IMG/VR virus record: IMGVR_UViG_3300030118_003137
Location: 1-53,069 of that record
Source: a virus
Lineage: Duplodnaviria > Caudoviricetes
Direction: 5' to 3' (one strand)
DNA length: 53,069 bases
Shown here piece by piece: positions 49,201 to 53,069 of the stretch. The notes under the pieces are model-generated. The model made no database searches. It had not been told where the DNA came from and was given only the letters and a program-made list of their open reading frames with translations. How positions within the stretch are numbered: position 1 is the stretch's first letter; each line of letters opens with the position of its first letter. Position numbers and translations under genes: made by a program.

Positions 49201-49706
49201 ACAGAGAAGCTAAGTTGCATGGTTTTAGACGTGGTACTCCAGAATTTGAAAGACTTAAAAGGCAAACTAGTACTGATATGTTTGTTTTAGGAATGGCAAA
49301 TATATTCGCTTACTCTTTATTTGAAACAGCAATGCCACAGCCTTATTCTTGGTTCCAAGATACTGCTGATTGGATCTTTGGTGATGAAGTTGAAAGAGAT
49401 AGAGCATTTTTCGGGGTTTGGCCAACTGCACTAGCTCCACTCCAAATGGTTACTCCGCCAGGTTTGCGGTTGGCTCCAGCCCTGTTTAATTCCATAGTAA
49501 CAAATGATTATAGTAGATTAACAGACTATTATATGTGGACAATGTTCCCATTTGGAAGAATGGCAAGAGATGTTACAGGAGTTATGGAAAATCCTTACTA
49601 TACTATAGAAAAAGGTACAGGTATACCTTATATTCAGATAGCTAGAGAAATAAAAAAGGCAGATAAAGCAAATAATGCAGCAAAAGAAGACGATACTGAT
49701 TCCTAA
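40281..49706 (+). CDS. Giant single-chain two-barrel RNA polymerase, probably virion-packaged
   Basis: 3141 aa with catalytic loop LGGADLDGDK (DLDGD at 44478-44492), preceded by LRVP and upstream TDGQ and GKMMFH. N-terminus resembles ejection proteins; last gene of the virion arm. Confidence 0.82.
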   Translation: MSTLDKYDKLAEFKPFYDQATTQRLLTTYYQVPHTFDESLKNQLFEHAVHYKIPIEEEKKTAPQDTSFDLLRGIKQMGQGFISGFTTFNVGEPTGNEYERIMRSIGSLGGFLGYIPAAPLKALKAFQLANMARALKGNSVPLFVARKATEQAGNIASKVLGTAKSSRGKVFSEVSEFLTKDQVQHVAEGAFNLGVANAVGTWQLGVNEMLKSAAYGATTGGVFRGLTALVNRGGIPKLDQETGRYIYTATQQEDRIIRAAASSLYDGLQSTMRGETTPEQIYSYLLGAYFGANETSAGQARAMKFVNKVEQQARTNAKELKRLDNQGNPFSKDALVYDPRLVDGYKDLPPDVQESVMHTIAQRHGTIAKQVAMSQGVLESVAGSGKDQIARALDVDSAINESQDAVRTAQIQQEAQDANINIYDTIGPKEIKKGVDEIFIVPGESKIISNRQKEFAPLEVDPIEDNVIKLPVENMTDETLTINKKLINDALDQVDKKSTVSIGEDLIKALDNEAPQTAEHLRKKLLDIEQSRYRAEQRLIDKEAIQDKNEDEKIDDINFEKSEITIEKKAQSFVNKFLKDEFDGIDDPNKLGAARKKAKSDVLDILQKNTSLKQYPKFKEKIEKKFGKAFGEKALSDDTEGELRQLFIRQVQQRDTPHMSVLQYYSKSKKGFINDLSDIGMSGKNNANNMKITGDSVKAIEIVYEDLIKKTTGKDTEDRAYKILDHVVKLNEDGRWEEIELKKLKNPRLYGKFKDSDGEFFANKVIGDAMFQASKKGYYYNGGKGDSGKMYFFKHHPEIENIKGVDVTAKVADVIAQFKKVDSNAGKYYNALANEFVKKYQTKGKQKGFGNAKQTREYFDKSFLSNMKYDELLYNVEAVNKGDMTFVEWAAKNSSIRDSKGFNKRNQIWMTDGFELDSKYFKEIYSEMGGDIPIKKNKLKWRFFNDPKKNPDLTSNSAAELYQEITDGQILVEESVIDAFNKAYGHPYSGQNKAFIVDSDKVDGAFLGKMMFHKASPEASKWMRENKLHMLVPESAAKEYGSRIAGDLTVKEDGSVDFDFKGGRDYELSLESIKGSLSEKQTQHMLDPQQIPKQMMSNLLPHSWSKINQKVIDDFYKDIIETKFTGNDDWNTRLDDALKSEKISEAEQQDLLRNIDKIGLSDVVDAIKNNNHPDFVAKLYQKVLKSNIEHLTADYEAGEISSKEYLDNVAEAKTFTSSINRMMEIYPDLAVFLHKDVRNYLQAAMRNFVVNKIIRPKWDYSISTRMRGYDPWMRIDPKFKDMNMDMTKGRKGIMKDRKYLKDTYGVENPDQLFYLDDLYMDVEYDVSHLIAGAKKMKLGKLWKDYRHNEKVKDFFKTVSLRVPMDSISGAHELAFAGFTGIKGHGAVFHPRTMRALGGADLDGDKAFVLFGMKPEYRKMYHQNKYEFRDPETLKIADNKEAPISKRGLEILKDILNPKDSHDKQVLNKIKAGKEVTWQDLFTFTNDATTGNKSDAYKSFIGKFTPEGRLDIANKAVDGRDQLGPAVVSKQILNAAYDAMKFNTVKRYVDKKGKILSVEKYEKLTDYKKKQYKEDTREMLVWGKNKEHVAYVRPRLDDDSLNYSRELFRSQIAFGSDPLDELGLVGAQKFYDVAYHSLFELDFNSDAAKNSFTPYYHAKQGLVKIFQGFNRGYFSRNYDKNRRFYSHEIQEFASKIHLLNDNQKGNMLGKMVKELEPLDYSDDILGRIDKEALLDRYDEYKNIAGELKMLNDSYRMDSNGKKVTGGLLGRFSFKSPESQLSMRAIDAELFKPEVRREMLQDFKMYDNFFSGLKGKTFFNSLTFKARSTPFDSKNKKYFTENGVFNDTKYEQAMSNMLTYRSEMIDRAYRQATDFIQNDGMDRASALQLMDAINNAKKAGVSDDFIRAAANFVADTKKMARSDRAKAIINAYEAEKGESVIDDASFENFSMRKVFNLKNKELAYSNQQRIDNRIRNFKLDNYFGMGKDSKGEQKTRVLSDAESYLVDTMLLSTFDKAQNLVNYDYYNSLNANVKQLVNPLIRQIKLSGSETLFEKTGMSSKYVNDRAVRDFLKRYSEQFDYKDNVKLRDVDYSKALDGDNKAGDLVDIAPKDPLEADSEGIYASRERLKRVGDTSLSSFERKMVDELIGHISYYGKSIGNTNKLNQITRSLVAKNFDAMGVEDYRVVNNFFKDMRSGTVFVRDGALTKDNILKLAERHWMLFPKTVSREMMVKDFDIFTQEGRFQNFKGEWRRGNVGRPTHAIENIQYVLGKAEALAIKMDEDEKNLLEQTLRDRTGYESLPDGMGQHIAEVVTARRDLASFQNANANKQDQAYRIDLKVYKDNLKEAEEIADWKNTSKKVFSVRKKGGTYNENGETIAKNINKVLTERAAETYTWIAGANYRYNRRTGKHEIDNSVENPINKYLETKKGKVQYWFGNTKLPKIKGEKFIDDIMKNLKSGKPLDIRFGLDNLRKISRSIQIENVLEMRDMAQTKAEKDMYLELAKNLGKAEYGRTRQFKSTEYHPHFIQNKSVAKRAIEAAIAKLKKQTGIPDEQREQEIAKLILRYKSMTGDWIVNDVAEDGMIRGALNEIANKRKGDHMRALEKDPISGNMMSRNIHLPGWNRDLGAWDIYQKNLIDTYHRQIGQILSKKMLSNFNKKALAEWNNPEQAFAWNNYIYDYISRAMGFPSKLPESWLTGADAKLMKVKGTPYSWFADNHVKDMVNRIRKTIGMKEDSSLPTDLQGVDEMDIRHWSNLEAKYQMATLLAHPKSATGNVFGGQMHTIQSTGWRNWRNARNVEYWRTSIAGEASGWSTKKDIEAWAISHGVVPNFVLYEAGLNPNFKSGKYKRFFMDAEKVLKKDPMVKDETLLSLAKKHQITEAMFQKSAWFMRYPERALRRDAFAAHYLQARELYGHANMGLNDPFLIEMAKKGVQATQFLYSAPYRPAFSATALGKVMTRFQTWAWNSVRFRNDVYREAKLHGFRRGTPEFERLKRQTSTDMFVLGMANIFAYSLFETAMPQPYSWFQDTADWIFGDEVERDRAFFGVWPTALAPLQMVTPPGLRLAPALFNSIVTNDYSRLTDYYMWTMFPFGRMARDVTGVMENPYYTIEKGTGIPYIQIAREIKKADKANNAAKEDDTDS

Positions 49707-49802
49707 AGATTATTGGACTAGGTCAAGTACTTCAGTCCCAGTATTCTATGGTCAAAAAAAATATACTTACGTAGTTAAAAAAAAGAAATGATTTAAATTA
49801 TA

Positions 49803-49824
49803 AGGGGACATTAATAGTCCCCCT
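49803..49824. terminator. Hairpin between convergent arms (possible bidirectional terminator)
   Basis: ggggac-attaata-gtcccc flanked by AT-rich tracts. Confidence 0.55.
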
Positions 49825-49850
49825 ATATTTTAGTCCCTCTTGGCTGAGGT

Positions 49851-50192
49851 CTACAAAGAGTTCGGCTCATTTAACGGTTTGTCCTGACCCTCGGGCTTGT
49901 ATGCCAAAGAGATTTCATAGTCGCCTAATCTTAATACACTAGTGTCTTGATTTAATGAATTGACTTGAACGTCAGTCCCTATTTCAGGGCTTCCTTCCAT
50001 ATCTTCCAGACATTCTAATATACGACATCCTATGAGAAATCTCCAAGCTAAAAACCCGACATCTCCATTTTCAGACCTAACCACAGCGTTACAATAATCC
50101 TCGGCATTTTTCCAAGGTTTATTTTTCTCGTTCCCCTGTAACATGACTATATCCCTCCACTTTAAATCTATCTGGTTCTTTTTTCCACTCAC
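49851..50192 (-). CDS. Hypothetical protein
   Basis: ORF track; start uncertain. Confidence 0.6.
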   Translation of the reverse strand: MSGKKNQIDLKWRDIVMLQGNEKNKPWKNAEDYCNAVVRSENGDVGFLAWRFLIGCRILECLEDMEGSPEIGTDVQVNSLNQDTSVLRLGDYEISLAYKPEGQDKPLNEPNSL

Positions 50193-50583
50193 CTTTGTAT
50201 TTGTTTTCTAACATATGTTTTTCTGCACTTACAGACTCATCTATAAGTGATTTTTCATTTGTTATAAATGCATCAGTGATGTCATCTTGATCGGCCATTC
50301 CCCACAGTAGGGTCAGATAGACTATTATATCAACGATTCGACCTCTTACATCTTCACGTTGACTTTTATGGCCTTTAACATAAGATTGTATGCCATCCAC
50401 ATGTTTTAAAACATATGTCATTAGTATACTTTCACGGCTTAGTCCTTGCAAATTTGCTATTCTTTCAAAGTTAGCAAAGCAGTTATCTTCGTCATGCGCA
50501 TACTCTTTCTGACCAGCTAGTCTTATGTCACGAACTTTATCAAATATATCTTCCAAGAGTTCATTGTGTTCTGCTAATCGCAT
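50119..50583 (-). CDS. All-alpha nucleotide-modification-associated (MazG-like / DUF1599-like) protein
   Basis: KEYA...FANFERIA...KHVDGI...EDVRGRIVDIIVYLTLL. Start moved to ATG 50583, which follows GGAGG. Confidence 0.6.
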   Translation of the reverse strand: MRLAEHNELLEDIFDKVRDIRLAGQKEYAHDEDNCFANFERIANLQGLSRESILMTYVLKHVDGIQSYVKGHKSQREDVRGRIVDIIVYLTLLWGMADQDDITDAFITNEKSLIDESVSAEKHMLENKYKGEWKKEPDRFKVEGYSHVTGEREK

Positions 50584-50789
50584 TTTGGGTTCCTCCAAGT
50601 TAATTCTCTGTAAATAAAGTCGTAAATCCACCAACATCTTCCATTACCAGACGCTGCTAAAGCAGCTTTCTTGGCTCTAGTCATTACATCGAGTCCTTTA
50701 TATTCTTCACAGTAATAAGAAGTTATGCCTGATTTGTTACGCTTTTTACTTTCTTCGTAATTGCTAAGGTTTACCAACTTAACACCCAT
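50574..50789 (-). CDS. Hypothetical protein
   Basis: ORF track; GGGGG RBS. Confidence 0.65.
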   Translation of the reverse strand: MGVKLVNLSNYEESKKRNKSGITSYYCEEYKGLDVMTRAKKAALAASGNGRCWWIYDFIYRELTWRNPKCD

Positions 50790-50791
50790 GA

Positions 50792-50881
50792 TTACCCCCT
50801 TCTCCTTAAGATTTCTTGAATTGCATTTTCAAGGCCCATTTGCCTTAATTTAAACAATTCAGTTATTTCTTCCATAGACAT
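50792..50881 (-). CDS. Small hypothetical peptide (29 aa)
   Basis: Manual ORF MSMEEITELFKLRQMGLENAIQEILRRRG, filling the gap between neighbours. Confidence 0.45.
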   Translation of the reverse strand: MSMEEITELFKLRQMGLENAIQEILRRRG

Positions 50882-50883
50882 TT

Positions 50884-51138
50884 CTAAAACGGCGTATCAC
50901 TCTCCGAATCGTCGAGATCTAAATTTTCTTGTGTCAGTTGGTCATCTTTAGCAGATATAGCGAAAAATAAAGACTTATCAGTCCCTTTTTCATTTAACCA
51001 ACCAGCCAATCCAATTTCTGCGCCTTTTGGTATTCTATGGTCTAGTTTAACATAACCTTTAAAGTGAGGCTGTCTGTTTTCTTCTGTAGCATCTTTATTG
51101 ACGTACATTGTTACTTTTCCTAGCTTAGTATATGCCAT
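50884..51138 (-). CDS. Small ssDNA-binding-like protein (DUF736/PC4-like)
   Basis: NK...NRQPHFKG...IGLAGW...F and an acidic tail ending DTPF (SSB-like). Confidence 0.6.
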   Translation of the reverse strand: MAYTKLGKVTMYVNKDATEENRQPHFKGYVKLDHRIPKGAEIGLAGWLNEKGTDKSLFFAISAKDDQLTQENLDLDDSESDTPF

Positions 51139-51153
51139 ACTTACTTTCTCCTT

Positions 51154-51321
51154 TTAGTTAGCGAAACCACTTCTCTTCTTAAATATATCCTCATTAAACT
51201 TAGGATTATCTTCTTTAAGATGCTTCATTAGTGACTTCATTATTATCTTTGTTGACTTCTCGAACAGCACTTTGTGACTTTTCATCACTGCTGCTATTAG
51301 TTCGTAATCTTTTTTTGTCAT
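51154..51321 (-). CDS. Hypothetical protein (55 aa)
   Basis: MTKKDYELIA...DNPKFNEDIF; AAGGAG RBS before ATG 51321 (the ORF-track start at 51399 is less likely). Confidence 0.7.
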   Translation of the reverse strand: MTKKDYELIAAVMKSHKVLFEKSTKIIMKSLMKHLKEDNPKFNEDIFKKRSGFAN

Positions 51322-51364
51322 TGCCGACTCCTTTAATTTCCTCCAACGGAGGTATGCTTGTGTC

Positions 51365-51472
51365 TCAGCCGTCTGTATATCCACAGTATGGACATCCAAA
51401 GTTGCATGCTGCAGCTGAGATAAATCTTTGACAAGCCATGCACTTTGTCATTTTGTATTCTGGATTTGCCAT
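51365..51472 (-). CDS. Small Cys-rich Zn-finger protein ending at an in-frame UGA (possible selenocysteine; readthrough would end at 51215)
   Basis: Manual ORF MANPEYKMTKCMACQRFISAAACNFGCPYCGYTDG-UGA-DTS...; AAGGAG RBS. Confidence 0.65.
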   Translation of the reverse strand: MANPEYKMTKCMACQRFISAAACNFGCPYCGYTDG

Positions 51473-51488
51473 GCCTTCTCCTTAATTT

Positions 51489-51624
51489 TATAGATGCAGG
51501 ACTTTAGAGTTTTTATACTAACCAGGCTTTATTATCCCCTAGTTTAGTGCAACTTCCAGCCACTGAATCCCGACGAGAATAACTTCTCAGTTACCTTGTT
51601 TCCCTTGCGTTGCCTGCATCTATA
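51489..51624 (-). ncRNA. Structured intergenic element closed by a 12-bp stem
   Basis: tatagatgcagg/cctgcatctata, with an inner gagaa/ttctc hairpin. Confidence 0.45.
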
Positions 51625-51629
51625 TATTT

Positions 51630-51845
51630 TTAAAGACTTAAGTTTTTAAGCCTATTGTCTACTTCTTTTTTTATGTCATCAGGTAAATCGTTAAAATGGT
51701 CCATTAAATAATTAAAAGCTGTATAATACTTTAAAGCTCTTGCTGATTTAATCTCCAAGTCTTTCTGATAAAACTCGATTTGCCTTATCAGTCTCTCTTT
51801 TGACATCTTCGATAACTCTTTCCTGATGCTTTTGCTTTTTGACAT
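51630..51845 (-). CDS. Hypothetical protein
   Basis: ORF track; GGGGGAG RBS. Confidence 0.65.
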   Translation of the reverse strand: MSKSKSIRKELSKMSKERLIRQIEFYQKDLEIKSARALKYYTAFNYLMDHFNDLPDDIKKEVDNRLKNLSL

Positions 51846-52101
51846 ATGACTCCCCCCTCGTTTCAGGATAATGTTGTTGACATTTTCTTCTAGATCTTGA
51901 TATATTGAATGCGGATGAAATTTGTCCGTCCCTCCAATGCTGCATCAAGTCTTTAGCAGTCATTTTATTTATATCCTTAGAAGGCTTGTTATTTTTGAGT
52001 TGCCATGCCCAGATTGCATAAATCAACTCTACATCACTGTTTGCTAATTCGGGTTTTGCTATTATAAACCCTTTCACTGTATTTACCATGTTAACTCTCA
52101 A
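51748..52101 (-). CDS. Hypothetical protein
   Basis: ORF track; SDVELI..IW...ISRSRRKCQ..YPE.RG is a recurrent small phage protein pattern. Confidence 0.7.
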   Translation of the reverse strand: MRVNMVNTVKGFIIAKPELANSDVELIYAIWAWQLKNNKPSKDINKMTAKDLMQHWRDGQISSAFNISRSRRKCQQHYPETRGESYVKKQKHQERVIEDVKRETDKANRVLSERLGD

Positions 52102-52573
52102 AATTATCTCCTTTTGCTAATTTGCGTAAAACGTAATTTCTCATATTTTCTGGCTTTGACTTTAAGAATTTTAATAAAGATAAATATTCTTTATCTGTCA
52201 AATGACCCTTTCTAGTATTACATCTTCTGCATATTATGGTGAGATTTTTAGGAGTTGAATCGCCCCCCAAAGAAAGAGGATACATATGGTCACATACAAT
52301 ATTAGATACCACAAGTACATCAGTGCAATACCTACATTGCTTTCCATAATACTTAAGAAACATCCTTCTAATCTCATCCAAAGAGATTTCGAATTTAACT
52401 TCATATTCTTTACTCCTTTTCTTTAAAGAAGCTTTTAACGTAGAGGTTTTCTTCATTAACCTATGAAATATTTTTTTAGCAAAGTGCCCATGATGTTTCT
52501 TGAGCACTTTACTGAATTTATCTTCCCAGGTTTTGACTTTACCTCTTCTAACTATGTTCTTTTTGTATGCCAC
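52091..52573 (-). CDS. HNH endonuclease
   Basis: CRYC...DHMYPLSLGG...NLTIICRRCNTRKG. Confidence 0.9.
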   Translation of the reverse strand: MAYKKNIVRRGKVKTWEDKFSKVLKKHHGHFAKKIFHRLMKKTSTLKASLKKRSKEYEVKFEISLDEIRRMFLKYYGKQCRYCTDVLVVSNIVCDHMYPLSLGGDSTPKNLTIICRRCNTRKGHLTDKEYLSLLKFLKSKPENMRNYVLRKLAKGDNFES

Positions 52574-52585
52574 ATACTGGCCCTC

Positions 52586-52744
52586 CTATATCCAGGCAAA
52601 ACTTAAGAATGTATGTAGTTTCCATATTTTTAATGTTATAGTAACTGATTGTTCTTTTTTAGTTTTTACCTGTGCAAAGCCTACACCTACAAAGTTAAAC
52701 AACGTTATTAAAGCTCCGCCTTTATTATATGATACTTTAAACAC
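52586..52744 (-). CDS. Hypothetical protein (52 aa, GTG start)
   Basis: Manual ORF overlapping the Gp157-like stop by 1 nt and filling the gap to the HNH gene. Confidence 0.5.
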   Translation of the reverse strand: MFKVSYNKGGALITLFNFVGVGFAQVKTKKEQSVTITLKIWKLHTFLSFAWI

Positions 52745-53067
52745 TAAGACCTCCTTATTCTGTCTACTTTTTTGATTTGAAAGCCTGATATTCCCATGCC
52801 GTCTTCTGCAGCTTTGATAATATCCTGTCTGGCTTTTTTCTTATCGATTTCTACTTTGTATCTTTTGTAGTTATCTGGAACTGATTCTTCATCTATAACT
52901 TCCACTGGACCCCAAGTTTGATATAACTTATACTTAGTCGTGTCTGTTTTAAATACGCCGTCATTACCAGCTGTATTTATTATCATAGGAAGAAGCTCTT
53001 TATTTAAGTAGTCTTCGGTTCTTTTAATTGCGTTTTTTCTATTACGCAACCTTTTAACCTCGTCCAT
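52744..53067 (-). CDS. C-terminal part of Gp157-like protein (begins at 264 across the join)
   Basis: EVKRL..RK..I...VEVIDEESVPDNY...IDKK pattern of the siphovirus Gp157 family. Confidence 0.85.
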   Translation of the reverse strand: MDEVKRLRNRKNAIKRTEDYLNKELLPMIINTAGNDGVFKTDTTKYKLYQTWGPVEVIDEESVPDNYKRYKVEIDKKKARQDIIKAAEDGMGISGFQIKKVDRIRRS

Positions 53068-53069
53068 GT
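53035..53069. repeat. Terminal direct overlap, copy 2
   Basis: Matches 1-35 with one mismatch at 53050. Confidence 0.95.

Noticed and set aside
51365-51367. Genome-wide UGA reassignment (genetic code 4 or 25)
   Set aside because: Long genes are intact under code 11, and several genes end in TGA coupled to the next start (e.g. 20756, 25244, 9730).
52091-52573. HNH gene as an intron-encoded homing endonuclease
   Set aside because: It is free-standing with its own RBS, and no interrupted host gene or intron structure is evident.

Overview
The window is an apparently complete ~53 kb circular dsDNA phage genome of podovirus-like architecture. A 35-nt overlap joins the two ends, and one gene reads in frame across the join. 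The minus-strand arm (10.4 kb down to 1, continuing from 53069 down to 49.85 kb) holds early/replication genes: an AEP primase-helicase, a Sak4-like AAA ATPase, SSB-like proteins, a Gp157-like protein, an HNH nuclease, a spore-photoproduct-lyase-like radical SAM enzyme and many small ORFs separated by structured intergenic elements. The plus-strand arm (10.96-49.7 kb) holds endolysin, terminase, portal, scaffold, capsid, tail, ejection proteins and a 3141-aa DxDGD two-barrel RNA polymerase that is probably virion-packaged. The main highlight is a compact phage-encoded ubiquitin-like conjugation cassette (Ubl-E2-JAB-E1, 6728 to 3560), with intact catalytic motifs and a Ubl whose C-terminal Gly is masked by one Arg. 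Other highlights are a candidate selenoprotein (in-frame UGA plus bSECIS-like hairpin), a GCGAAGC-capped hairpin placed like an N4-type virion-RNAP promoter, several pseudoknot-forming intergenic elements, three equally spaced sigma70-like promoters on the structural arm, and no recognisable standalone DNA polymerase. All calls come from reading motifs by eye; no database searches or folding programs were run.
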